UHGV virus genome: UHGV-1366919
Length of the DNA stretch: 64,000 nucleotides
Strand: one strand, 5' to 3'
Source: a virus
Shown here: in pieces, positions 1 to 11,100 of the stretch
Numbering within the stretch: position 1 is the stretch's first letter
How the letters are laid out: each line of letters starts with the position of its first letter
The notes under the pieces: generated by a model
What the model was told of the DNA's origin: nothing
Database searches by the model: none
What the model saw: the letters and a program-made list of their open reading frames with translations, nothing else
Translations under genes and position numbers: made by a program

Positions 1-1
1 G

Positions 2-481
2 GCAAAAAATCCTTCAGACCTTTCTAACTTTGAAAAGTCTGTTAATACATTATACAAGGATATAAAGTTTGACCTTACTGATATTAATAACTCCGGCATT
101 TTTACCGATAATTCTATCAATAGCAATCTTTCAGCTAAAGATATTGAAGTATGTATCAATGAAAATGCAATTTATAATTCTTTAAAAAACTGGTTCAGGA
201 CAAGTGAATGTTCTCGTCTTTTAAATCCTGATTTAAAATTTGATTTACGTTCCTATTTGTTTGAAGGAATTAATGAATATACTGCATACTTTCTCGGCCT
301 TGAATTAATGCAAAAATTGCCTTATTTTGAGCCGAGAATTAATGTTGAAGACTGCCAAATTCAATTAGACTATCTAAATGATGCTTATATTATTAATATG
401 ACCTTAACTATTCCATCTTTAAATAACAAAACTATTAACTTAAAAGAAATTTTAAATTCTTCTGGATATACTACTCTTTAG
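2..481 (+). CDS. Baseplate wedge protein, gp25/GPW-like (C-terminal part; 5' end outside window)
   Basis: The frame is open from the window edge. The translation (...NSLKNWFRTSECSRLLNPDLKFDLRSYLFEGINEY...YFEPRINVEDC...) matches the gp25/GPW baseplate family pattern (WF.T...ER...P.FG..L...LFE ... EPRI). The tracked ORF at 257-481 is only its tail. Confidence 0.6.
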   Translation, partial: AKNPSDLSNFEKSVNTLYKDIKFDLTDINNSGIFTDNSINSNLSAKDIEVCINENAIYNSLKNWFRTSECSRLLNPDLKFDLRSYLFEGINEYTAYFLGLELMQKLPYFEPRINVEDCQIQLDYLNDAYIINMTLTIPSLNNKTINLKEILNSSGYTTL

Positions 482-485
482 TTCC

Positions 486-2285
486 ATGGCTATTACTTCT
501 AATACAACCCCTAGTGACCAAAATTTCGCTTTATTTGAAGGTAGTTCAATTAAACAATTTATAATTGAACAACTCAATAAAGGAGGAATTTTTATTGACC
601 AGCAATATCTTGGATCTAATTTAAATGCCTTTATTGATATTATTGCAGTTATGCTTCAACAGCTGCAATTCCATTTTAATACCTCTGCCACTGAAAATAC
701 TTTTGCTACGGCGAGCTTATATGAAAATATGAATAAGCTTGTAAGTTTGTTTAATTATAAGCCTAATGGTAAACAGACTTCTATTCTTCCTATTTCCATT
801 TTAGCTTCTTTAAGCTCTAATAATAAAATTGGAACTTTTCTTATTCCCCGATATTCATTTATCAATTATAATAAATCTTTTATTTTAAGGAATGATTTAG
901 TTTTTTCTTCTTTATTAAACGAAGAAACAGAAATTAATGATATTCTTTATCAAGGTTCATTAACAGAATCTGATATTTTCTTAACCTCCGGAGAAGAATT
1001 TCAAGTCATTACCTTAATAGACAATAATATCAAAACTGATAACGGTCGATTTATTACTGATAATTTCTTTGATGTTTATGTTAAGGAGCCTAATGGCAAA
1101 TGGGTTCAATATGAAGAAGTAAAATCTTTATTCGAATCTAAGGGTAATGATAAAGTTTTTGAGCGGAGACTTAATGAAAATTATAATTATGAATTTAAAT
1201 TTGGTAATAATATCAATGGCTATAAACCTGTAGAAAATTCTGAAATTATTATTTTTTATGTAATTTCAGATGGTTCTTCTGCTGAAGTTGGTGACGGGCT
1301 TATTAATAATACTGAATTATTTTTGTATAACTCTACAAAATTTCAGGAAATTATTATGGACACAACAACTGGTATTTTTGATATATTACCAGCCTATATC
1401 ACTCCAAATGATTTAAAGTATATTAAAGTTTCTAATACTGGTTATTCAACTCCGGTTTCTGCAGTTGAATCTGTTGACATTATTAGAAATAATGTCCCTA
1501 AAATCTTTGCTTCTCAGAATCGTTTATTAAACGAACAAGACTATATCACTTATATCAACAAAATGTTTAATAATTTTATTAAAGATTGTTATGTCTTTTC
1601 TAATTCTGAGTATACTGGTTCCTATTTGAAATATTTTTATAATATTGGTTTGGATGCACCAAATGATGATCCTCGTGTTGCCCTTAACCAAGTAACCTTT
1701 CAATCTTCCTGTGGATTTAACAACGTTTACGTGGCTCTCCTCCCTCTTATTAATACTATTATTAATGATAAAATACCGAATTATGTGAATACTAATCTTA
1801 AACAATATATTGTTGAAGGATTAAATTCTTATAAAGATATTGCACATAATATTGCACCGATTGACCCAATTTATAAAGCCGTTTCTTTTGGGATTATCCG
1901 GGCAGATAATAATAGTTTACCAGAACATTTTAAAGATGTCCAATTAGTATTAGTAAGAGACAAATATAGTAACTTTAATAGTGATTATATTACTTCTCAA
2001 GCAACTAGTGTCTTTAATAACTTTTTCAATAATGTTAAGCTGGGAGCAACTATCGATATTTCATTGCTTTCTGCCCAACTTGCCCAAATCCCAGGCGTAA
2101 TTGATATTAAAATGCAGGATGGGACTAATGAAACCGATAAATTAACATTTATTGTCTGGAATCCTCTTTATGAAGAAAATGATTTTACAATAACCCAGCA
2201 AAATATTCTTCTTTCTCCATTTATGTTCCCTTATTTTTATGATTTAAGGAACATTAACTCTAAAATGATTGTCATAAATGAGTAA
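486..2285 (+). CDS. Baseplate wedge structural protein (gp6/baseplate-J-like by position)
   Basis: A 599 aa ORF immediately downstream of the gp25-like gene, as in T4 (25 then 6). No diagnostic motif was recognised; the call rests on position and size only. Confidence 0.4.
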   Translation: MAITSNTTPSDQNFALFEGSSIKQFIIEQLNKGGIFIDQQYLGSNLNAFIDIIAVMLQQLQFHFNTSATENTFATASLYENMNKLVSLFNYKPNGKQTSILPISILASLSSNNKIGTFLIPRYSFINYNKSFILRNDLVFSSLLNEETEINDILYQGSLTESDIFLTSGEEFQVITLIDNNIKTDNGRFITDNFFDVYVKEPNGKWVQYEEVKSLFESKGNDKVFERRLNENYNYEFKFGNNINGYKPVENSEIIIFYVISDGSSAEVGDGLINNTELFLYNSTKFQEIIMDTTTGIFDILPAYITPNDLKYIKVSNTGYSTPVSAVESVDIIRNNVPKIFASQNRLLNEQDYITYINKMFNNFIKDCYVFSNSEYTGSYLKYFYNIGLDAPNDDPRVALNQVTFQSSCGFNNVYVALLPLINTIINDKIPNYVNTNLKQYIVEGLNSYKDIAHNIAPIDPIYKAVSFGIIRADNNSLPEHFKDVQLVLVRDKYSNFNSDYITSQATSVFNNFFNNVKLGATIDISLLSAQLAQIPGVIDIKMQDGTNETDKLTFIVWNPLYEENDFTITQQNILLSPFMFPYFYDLRNINSKMIVINE

Positions 2286-4656
2286 TACTTTTAAAGGTAG
2301 GATTACAATTACTAACGATTTAACAAATCAAGAATATAACCCTGTTTCTGATGTAATTTTTACAGTTTCAGGGTCTACAGTTACTTTATCTTTTAATGAT
2401 AATCAAATTGTAGAGACTTCTGACTTAGATGAATCTGGTAATCCTATCTCTTACCAGATTTTTAAAAAATTTGACCGAGAAATTTTATGGGATTTTGGAG
2501 ATGGGACTAAAATTAAAGGATTAACAGCTACCCATACCTATAAAAATCCTGGCTCCTATAGTGTAACTTGTACATGTTTTGATGCTGATGAAAATCCTTA
2601 CAAAAACAGTTATCCCAAAGCTGAGCAAACAATCAAAGTCGTGGATATTCTCCCGACTATTATCTCTTATACTTCTGCATACCTTAAAAAAGTTGAAGCT
2701 GGACTTTTAAAAAATGTATATGCCGGACAACAAATAGAAATTGCTGAAGTTATTGCCACTTTAGACAAAAGTATTACAAATAAAGTACCAATTAAATGTC
2801 ATGCTGTTAAAGCTGGAGCAACCAATATTTTTGATCTTCCGCCTAATAATCCTTATCAGCATTTACTCCCTTATAATACTTTCTTAGATGAAGATAATGA
2901 ACCGACATTATCTATTATCCCAGAATATAAAGATGTCTATGTAGTTTTTGATTATTCAAATGATTCTGGATTGATTCTTAATTTGTATATTATTAATCCA
3001 GAAATGACTGCTTTAACTGAAGTTGAACCTTTAATAGTAGATTCATCCATCAAATATATCTGTAATACTTTAATGGTTCCTTCATTAGATTCTATTTCTA
3101 CTTTAAATTATTACCATATTGGTCAAAGCGGAAAAGCTTCTATTAAATTTCAAGATGATTTACCTTCTTCCCAGGATGAATTAACTTTTGTGCTTGATAC
3201 TGATTATTTTCCTGATGATAATGTCCTTTTAGGAAAAAATACTATCAATCTTGTTTCGATTGGAACCAGTTTGGAAATTAAACAAAATAATCCTGATAAA
3301 CTCAATATATTCATTTCTACAAACGGCTTAACAACTGCGGATAATTCAGATGAGCATCCTATTATAGATATTTCTTTAGAAAATAATACATTTAGTTTTT
3401 GTAGGGCAAAATATCTAGGTATAGATTCACCATTTGTAATACGTTTAATAGCAGATAATTATGGATATTACTTTATTAAAGATATTGCCATTAAAGAAAT
3501 AATTGGTAATTGTGAAAATGCCTCTGTTGAGTTTTATACCGGATTAGAATCTGTATTGGGTACTCCCTATATGTCTATGGGTTCTTGCTTCGGCACTCTA
3601 AGGCCATTGGTGGAAACGGATGAACTTACTTCCACATTTAATTTATCTGTATCATGGGAAGGAACATCTCTTCAAAAATCAGATTTAAGCGTAGATAATT
3701 TAACTTTTATTGATCTCAAAAGCTTTTCTAATAAGGATTCAAAATATTATTTGGATCCTAAGCAGGATTATACTGAATATTCAGCCAAAGAAATCTGGAA
3801 TATCTATAAAACTCATCCTGTTTTTGAAAATCTTCCATTTTTAGACCAATATATGCTTGGTATTTTTGAATCAGATAACTTTTTGGAAAAAGTTATTAAT
3901 AAAGGTAATAATTTTGTCAATGATTTTGGGAATATTAATACCTGTTCTATTATTAGCCTTATTTCTATCTGCGAAAGTCTAAATCTTACTTTAGACTTGT
4001 ATAATAATGAAAATTTCTCTCAGCCTGAAAGTATTAATCAGCTTTTAAAAATTCTTTCCATTAACCATTCCAGATTAATTGGTACCAAGTTTAAAGTTAA
4101 AGATGAATTTGAGACACTTGATAAGCTTCCGGGTAAAAATCGAGGTCCTCAATATGATTTAACTGAAAAAATCTATATTAAAACTGTAAATGGCAAGCGA
4201 ATTTGGCCAATAATTGTTTGTTATGATAGATTTGCTAAGCAATATTTTCTTCTTAATACTGCTCTTTTAGAAAAAGTGAGAAAATCTCCTATTAAAACCG
4301 ATGAACAAGGAGAGTATTTTCAATTAATTGAGTATTTTAAGACCTGGGGATGGAATTTGTTATTAGGAGATTTCGAAAAAGAGCTTTTTAATATCATTTC
4401 TCCCAATAAAAACCTTTATCAAATGCTTAATCTTTTGGCTTCTGAACCAATTGAAGATAAAGCTCGAGAACAATTAAACAAATTTTATTACTTCTATCAG
4501 TATATTGATACTAATGAGACAGATATTCACAGTTCTTATCTGAAACCAGAGACTATTTCTGATAATATTAAAGATTATAATACCTGGTATAAAGCTGATG
4601 GTTCTATTGACCGATTACTTTATAAAACCTTGATTGAGAATCTTGGACTCAATTAG
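2278..4656 (+). CDS. Baseplate/tail structural protein with a PKD-like domain
   Basis: A 792 aa ORF. It contains WDFGDGTKIKGLTATHTYKNPGSYSVTCTCFDADENPY, a typical PKD-domain signature (WxFGDG...HxY...G.Y.V). Its start overlaps the previous gene (ATGAGTAA). It ends with TAG. Confidence 0.55.
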   Translation: MSNTFKGRITITNDLTNQEYNPVSDVIFTVSGSTVTLSFNDNQIVETSDLDESGNPISYQIFKKFDREILWDFGDGTKIKGLTATHTYKNPGSYSVTCTCFDADENPYKNSYPKAEQTIKVVDILPTIISYTSAYLKKVEAGLLKNVYAGQQIEIAEVIATLDKSITNKVPIKCHAVKAGATNIFDLPPNNPYQHLLPYNTFLDEDNEPTLSIIPEYKDVYVVFDYSNDSGLILNLYIINPEMTALTEVEPLIVDSSIKYICNTLMVPSLDSISTLNYYHIGQSGKASIKFQDDLPSSQDELTFVLDTDYFPDDNVLLGKNTINLVSIGTSLEIKQNNPDKLNIFISTNGLTTADNSDEHPIIDISLENNTFSFCRAKYLGIDSPFVIRLIADNYGYYFIKDIAIKEIIGNCENASVEFYTGLESVLGTPYMSMGSCFGTLRPLVETDELTSTFNLSVSWEGTSLQKSDLSVDNLTFIDLKSFSNKDSKYYLDPKQDYTEYSAKEIWNIYKTHPVFENLPFLDQYMLGIFESDNFLEKVINKGNNFVNDFGNINTCSIISLISICESLNLTLDLYNNENFSQPESINQLLKILSINHSRLIGTKFKVKDEFETLDKLPGKNRGPQYDLTEKIYIKTVNGKRIWPIIVCYDRFAKQYFLLNTALLEKVRKSPIKTDEQGEYFQLIEYFKTWGWNLLLGDFEKELFNIISPNKNLYQMLNLLASEPIEDKAREQLNKFYYFYQYIDTNETDIHSSYLKPETISDNIKDYNTWYKADGSIDRLLYKTLIENLGLN

Positions 4657-7501
4657 TCCTTTAAATATCTCCAAGGTAATGATAAACTTTGAAATTAATT
4701 CAATTATTAATTCTAATAGTGTTCCGTCTGAAGTTAAGGACACTATTAAACCTTATACATTTATTGAATTTATTTCAAAAACTTCTTTTGAAAATGATAA
4801 AGAAGTCTTTTTGACTTATTATAAAGAATATCTTACTGAATGGGCCAAAGTTAAAAATGATGACCATCAAATTATTGAGACTAAAGAATTAATTCAGTCT
4901 CAGATTATTGATTTACTTAAAATTATTACTGTTTCTTATGCTACCTTTGAAGAACAGGTCTTTTTATCTAATCTAAATTGGAATTTTAATTCATTAGAAG
5001 ATCCTAATGAGAAATTAAAGGCTAAAAATGCGATTTACTCAGCATTACCTATCTTTGTTTCCAGAATTAAAGATATTGCCGCTTTTTATAGAAATAAACG
5101 TACCGAAGCAACTTTTGTAATTGAGCGAAATAAGATTAAAGGTACTCAACTTTCTGTAGAAAAGATTATTTTTGATAAAATTTTAAGTTTTCTTTTTAAT
5201 GAAAATCCTGAACAAGTAAATTATGTTCAAAATTATTTGAATGTCTCTATCGATAACTTTGTAGACATTTATTCTGATTATTTTGATATTGACCGGGCTT
5301 CATCACTTTCTTGTGACTATAACGATATTGATTCTTCTCTTTATTTTGAGTTAGAAAATATATTAAGAGACATGATCTTTGACGGAAATGTCTATCTTCG
5401 GGAAATTCCGTTAATAGCCCAGCTTAGTCTTGACTTATCTCAGGATTGTGTCGGAGATAAACTTACTTTAAAGAATGAATTGCTGGAAAGCAGTAAAGTT
5501 TCTTTAATATCCGATGATGAAAAAATTAATATTAGAAAGAAACTTTATAAAAAGTACATTGGCGTTGATTTTTATTACTTGATTAAAGATTCTGAAGGTA
5601 ATATTACTACTGATGTATTCATTAAAGCTGATAATCCTTCAAATAATCTTCTAAACCAGCAAACTGTTGATACTCCATTTACTGAATCCAAACAATTAGA
5701 ACTTCTCAAGAATATTGGTTTATTTTTTAAACCAGATAAAACAAGTTTACTTAGAGTTAATACAACTAACTTTGATTATTCTATTGATGAAAGTAAAGTG
5801 GAACCCAACAAGGTTTATATTTTTCCTGATCCAAAAATTTATGGTAATGTAGCATTTAATCGACAAAAGGATTATCCTTATATTATTGAATATTCTTTAA
5901 CTGAATATTCTAAAAACTTTAACTTTGGCTGGGCCGTTAATGATCCATTAGTTGTTAGTGATGCTCAGGCAATGTTTGCCTACTATTCTAAAGAACAAGA
6001 TGTTGACAAGCTCAATAAAAATAATATTGTTTCTTTAAATTTCTATGAACTTTTTGATAAAGGATTTATAAGTTCCTTTAAATCCGACTTATATGGTAAT
6101 AAATTTGCTATTTTTAAAGAAAAAAATGGTAAATTTGCCCGAGATTGGAATTTTACTCCATTTGTTCCTCAGCCCGAAGTAGAAGAAAAGTTTTTATTAG
6201 TCGATGGAGGTGTTTTAGGAGTTGATGATGTGGGAGTTTCTACTGAAGTTTCGGCAGATAAAATTACATGGACTCCTGAAAATCATTATTATTCTTACTT
6301 TATCGAGGGAGGTATAAGCACCCTTCTTCCAGCTTATTTCCGTGCTTATATTCCTAATGGTGCAACAATTGGGAATGGTGATTTGACTCTTGCTATTGAG
6401 GATATTTTAAATGAACCGTTTAGTGCTGTAATAGATGGCAAGTTTATTACAACTGACTATAACGAAATTATCGATAACAATCAGTTTACTTTGCCTAAAA
6501 TTTATTATCAGAATGAAGAATACAAGACAGAACCTCTTCCTGATCATCTAAAACCTGATTATGAAAAAAATAAGGAAAAGACTTATTTTGAAATTCTTGA
6601 AGAAAAAGGTACAATCTTAATTTCTATTACTGGATTAGGACAAATTACTGACATATATTCAGCATTTCCCTGGTGGCAAACTTCTGCCGATAATGAAATT
6701 TATAATTTTTTTATTGAAAATGCTATTGATATTGATGTTATTGAGAATATATTCATCATTAAAGCTAAAAATCCAGCGACAGGAGCGATTCATTTATTAT
6801 TTGAAGGCATTAAATTTAATCCTCTGACTAATAAATTTGAACAGCTCTTTACTAATAAACAAGCTATTTTCTTTAATAATGAAAATTCTTTGATTAAAGC
6901 TTCTTATTTTGATGCCTTTAATTACAAGAGTTTTGAACTTATTAATCCTGCTTTCTTTTCTAGAAATGCAAATATTTGTGATAAAGGTTCCGATATTTTC
7001 TATATTGAGAAACTTCATAAATGTTATTTTGCAGTAATGAATGTCTCCATTAGTGAAAAATATGTCAATGGAACAAAAATTGAATTTCCTGTTTATTATC
7101 CGGACATTTATGAAATTGATTTAATTAATTTTACCGTTAAAAAATATTATTTTCATACTGAAGAGCAAAAAGCTGAATCTTTCCAAATTCCTTCTTCTCT
7201 CTTTAAAAATGGATCAGTAATGATTCAAAAGGCTGGAAATCCATGCTTAACTTATTCATTCGATACAAATACATTTATGCTTTCTTATGTCTTGTATGAT
7301 GTGAATATGTGCCCTTATGTCTATAAACATTTCTTCCAATTAAGTGTATCTGGAGTTGAATTATTTGGAGAAATAGATCCAGATTCTTTAGACTCAACCG
7401 TTTATAGTCCGGCATTTACCGGACAGGAATCTGTCATTACGCCAGGAGATAAAACAACGACTCTTTATCTGAATTTTAATACCAACTTTATTGTATCTTA
7501 A
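4634..7501 (+). CDS. Large baseplate/tail structural protein (hypothetical)
   Basis: A 955 aa ORF in the structural operon. The true start is possibly the internal ATG at about 4679 (MINFE..., preceded by AAGG), which would remove the overlap with the upstream gene. Confidence 0.45.
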   Translation: MRILDSISPLNISKVMINFEINSIINSNSVPSEVKDTIKPYTFIEFISKTSFENDKEVFLTYYKEYLTEWAKVKNDDHQIIETKELIQSQIIDLLKIITVSYATFEEQVFLSNLNWNFNSLEDPNEKLKAKNAIYSALPIFVSRIKDIAAFYRNKRTEATFVIERNKIKGTQLSVEKIIFDKILSFLFNENPEQVNYVQNYLNVSIDNFVDIYSDYFDIDRASSLSCDYNDIDSSLYFELENILRDMIFDGNVYLREIPLIAQLSLDLSQDCVGDKLTLKNELLESSKVSLISDDEKINIRKKLYKKYIGVDFYYLIKDSEGNITTDVFIKADNPSNNLLNQQTVDTPFTESKQLELLKNIGLFFKPDKTSLLRVNTTNFDYSIDESKVEPNKVYIFPDPKIYGNVAFNRQKDYPYIIEYSLTEYSKNFNFGWAVNDPLVVSDAQAMFAYYSKEQDVDKLNKNNIVSLNFYELFDKGFISSFKSDLYGNKFAIFKEKNGKFARDWNFTPFVPQPEVEEKFLLVDGGVLGVDDVGVSTEVSADKITWTPENHYYSYFIEGGISTLLPAYFRAYIPNGATIGNGDLTLAIEDILNEPFSAVIDGKFITTDYNEIIDNNQFTLPKIYYQNEEYKTEPLPDHLKPDYEKNKEKTYFEILEEKGTILISITGLGQITDIYSAFPWWQTSADNEIYNFFIENAIDIDVIENIFIIKAKNPATGAIHLLFEGIKFNPLTNKFEQLFTNKQAIFFNNENSLIKASYFDAFNYKSFELINPAFFSRNANICDKGSDIFYIEKLHKCYFAVMNVSISEKYVNGTKIEFPVYYPDIYEIDLINFTVKKYYFHTEEQKAESFQIPSSLFKNGSVMIQKAGNPCLTYSFDTNTFMLSYVLYDVNMCPYVYKHFFQLSVSGVELFGEIDPDSLDSTVYSPAFTGQESVITPGDKTTTLYLNFNTNFIVS

Positions 7502-8091
7502 TGGATCCAAATGCTAAAGAAATTAGACCAGCAATCGAACTAGACAATCTTTTAGTCTGGGATGAGGCATCTTTGCCTGAATATCCTTCCGGAGAAAATA
7601 TTTTAGTAGAAAATAATTCAGAAGTATTTCTTAATTTTTATTATACAAATTTTCATGCAATGCCTCCACTTTTTAGCCAGGGAGGAACAGTTACTAATAA
7701 AATTACTAAAATTATTGTTGATTGGGGCGATGGCCAATCAAATGAATATAATTACCAGATCGACACCTCGAATATTAATTGGCTTAGAGATATTAGTACC
7801 TGGTTAGCTGAGATCGGTCCGCATCGATATAGCTTTCCTACGGGAGAAGAAGGAGAGAAATCAATAATTATTAAATTTTATGATTCTGCCAACTATTTTT
7901 ATGGGCTTAAAATTAATTTAGATATTCTTTCTAAATCATTTTATAATTTAAAGTTTGAATTAGATGTACAGAAAGCAGTCTTTAATTCAGAACAATCTTC
8001 TGTGATTTTTAAAATTAATAAATCACAAGCTCCTGGTGAAATTCCTAATGATTTAGATGCTCAAATTCCCATAGTCTCGATTCTTAATTGA
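7501..8091 (+). CDS. Small structural protein with a PKD-like WGDG motif
   Basis: A 196 aa ORF with a TAATG junction to the upstream gene. It contains IIVDWGDGQSNEYNYQID, resembling the PKD W-x-W/F-GDG core. Confidence 0.4.
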   Translation: MDPNAKEIRPAIELDNLLVWDEASLPEYPSGENILVENNSEVFLNFYYTNFHAMPPLFSQGGTVTNKITKIIVDWGDGQSNEYNYQIDTSNINWLRDISTWLAEIGPHRYSFPTGEEGEKSIIIKFYDSANYFYGLKINLDILSKSFYNLKFELDVQKAVFNSEQSSVIFKINKSQAPGEIPNDLDAQIPIVSILN

Positions 8092-8107
8092 GCTTTAAAT
8101 ATCCTCA

Positions 8108-11100
8108 ATGAGTATCAGGCCTTTAAAGTCAAAGCCATTTAGTGAAATTAAAAATTTAGAATTATCTTATTTGGATAATTCTTTAGAGTTTCTTAATACC
8201 TCTTACTCAACTTCTGAATCTTTTAATTTTAATCTTTATAATGCCCTTAAAAATATAAATGATCTTACGGTCAATAATTATTCTTATTTTTTCCTGGGTA
8301 AAAAAGATTTATACACTAACTGGTTAAAGGCTAATATTAAAGAAAATGAAACAAATGGTTATATTACTCCTATTACTTTCATTTTAGAAGGTAAACCTGC
8401 TTTTCTATACTTTAATCAACAAAATATTAGTCTTACACCGGACCACAAATTAACCTGGGATACTGATTTTACTCTTTATTCAGTTGAAACAGTTTTAGCC
8501 CAGGGAATTGATTCGGCTATTCAACAAAATTATCTGTTTATTATTGAATATATTGAGGGGACTAATAAATGTTATATTAAACATATTAACGGTAAAACTG
8601 ACTATTATCTCATTAACAGAAAATGGGACTATAGGCTAAACCAGTATACTGGGGGGCCTTGTGATGATCTTTGGTTCTCTTCTCAAAAAGATTTAGCCGA
8701 AGTATTCGGTCAGTTTAACTTTATTAAAACTGGAGATACTTTTCTTTTTTATCTTGCTTGTACTGATGATTATAAAGTACAAAGGCAAGACGGCACATAT
8801 ATGTGGGTTTCTGCCAAATATAATTTGGAATATGAAGCTTCGGAAAATAATTATAAGTTGAAAGTTCCTCAAACTTCTCCAGAAAACCTTCTTTATTATA
8901 TTGATCCACAATATGTTGGTCAAATTGTCCAACTTGACAGCTATAATGGAAGATTAAGAAGTCTTGGTCCTGATTCTATGAGCGATACTAAGCTTACTTT
9001 GGTATCTAATCCAGACCTTGCTCCATTGGTTAATTATAATGGAAAAAACTACAATGTAATTTCAACAATTACTGATAAATTTACTGATTTAACAGATTAT
9101 ATCAATACTTCCTGGATTTCTTATAAAGATAGGAACTTTGCTAATGTAAATGTAGAAAAATCTGCATATAATTTAGAGAGCCAATGCCTTTTTCATCTTC
9201 AATATAACAATATTGATGATAAATTCTCTACAACTCTTAATATTATTCCCTTAAAAAATCATCTTTCTCCTAAAAACTTCACAATAAGAGGAGATTATCT
9301 TAATACGGGAACAAATAATGATCCTAATGTAGATTTTCGCGAATATACATCATTAGAAACAGGTACAAATCAAGAATTTGGTAATTCTACTGTTACTTTA
9401 AATTATATTTTCTATGATATTGAATATATTATCAATCCCGGGGAAGATTTAGCCTTTTCTATTGGTACAAATGAAGATAATGATAGAGGAGTTGCTTTAT
9501 ACCCCTTCCAAAAACTTAATATCAATGATACCAAATTTGTTAAAAACGGATCTTTTGGCTCTACCAACCCATTTTTATCCGATAAAGTTAAAAAGTTACA
9601 AACCAATTCTGTTTTTTCAAATAATGGAAGGTATCTTCATACATGGCTATACCAGTCTAAATCAAATCCATACGGTATTTGGCTAGACCGTTATTATTAT
9701 CCTAATATTATTTCCAAGCAAGATGCTTTAAAGGGCAAAGTTAATTTTGATCCTGCCTCTTTTAATGACATTATTGACAAAGATTATGTTCAATCTGATG
9801 AGTTATTCTATTCATATATTCAGGATGCGCCTTACTTTGACAAGCAAAGTGACCTGATGTTTGAACAAAATGGACAATATGTCTATTCCAGGGTGGGAAA
9901 AGATCAAGTTAATGCGATTATTTCTAATATTTCTGATGCTAAAGAATATGAATTATCTTCTTATTCTGGTAATGAAGAAGTAGTTACAATTAATAATCTC
10001 AATATCAAAAATTCTGGTACTTTGGACCTGAATTTTGATATGTATCTTGATTCAGATAAAGTTTATGGGCTTGATTTATTTGCAAATTCTTCTACTAATG
10101 GATTAAGCATCAGCAATCTTAATGATGTTACCCCATTTCTTTATACTTTTGACAATTACTATAATTCTGATAATAATTTGTCAAATGCTATTGTAACATT
10201 ACATAATACTAATTTTGATATTATTAAGCAACTTGATATTCAACATTTATACAAAAATAATGAGGAAATTTTAGGTTTAGCCCTTAATATTCCCTATGAA
10301 GATTTTGCTATTATTGGTTCAGAATATGTCTATATTGTTTCTTATGACTTGATTCTCAAAGAACGAATTAAGCTTGTTAACGAGAATGAAGTTCTTAAAA
10401 AAGTTAATATTATTAATAATAAACTTTTTTATCTTATTGACAAGCAATATAAATTTAATCTTCCTGATAATCAAACAGATATTTTTAGGCATTTTTATGT
10501 TCTTGATCTTGATAGAACAACAGATGAAGTATCTGAATTAATGGCATATATTCCCGGAACTTCAAGATTAGTTTATAAAGTTACCGATTTAACTCAAAAT
10601 AAACTTTATCCGGTATATTATTCTTCATCAGCCGGTGAAAATGATAATAATATTGTTTTCGACCATATTGATTTAAACGGAAAACAGGTATATCGTACAC
10701 AAAATTCCGACATCGCTCCTTTACCAGAAGGATTATTAGAAAGTACATATGTTTATCTGTTAGATGATACAGGATTTAGTAAAGAGCAAAATTATTATTG
10801 TCCGGATTTAAGAGTAGCTGAATCTTTATTGACAGTTACTTCTCAGGGTATTAATTCAATCTTTATTGATAAAGATGATACGGCATACGCTTTCCCGTAT
10901 ATTCAAGTTACTAAGCAAAATATAGAAGATGGCTTGTTTGGTATTCGAGAACGTGTGCCAGATGCTCTTTATCAGATTGAAAATATTGATTTAAATGATT
11001 ATAAGCAAAGGGTTATTGATTTACCGGATGCTAATATCATCTTTACTTCTTACAATAGGATATTTGATATTTCAGTCAATGATTTAAATCAATTTGCCTG

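Noticed and set aside
1527-1805. Short antisense/overlapping ORFs throughout the window (for example 1527-1805, 6797-7018, 8693-8932, 9412-9686, 13376-13567, 16944-17165, 20930-21538, 25335-26066, 28331-29170, 33188-33891, 34107-35063, 35592-36969, 39576-39908, 41713-42915, 44202-44738, 47029-47838, 51507-52761, 53462-53665, 55288-55776, 59059-59940, 61452-61757)
   Set aside because: All lie inside or opposite longer ORFs with recognisable homology or coherent operon structure. The AT-rich genome yields many spurious 60-110 aa frames.
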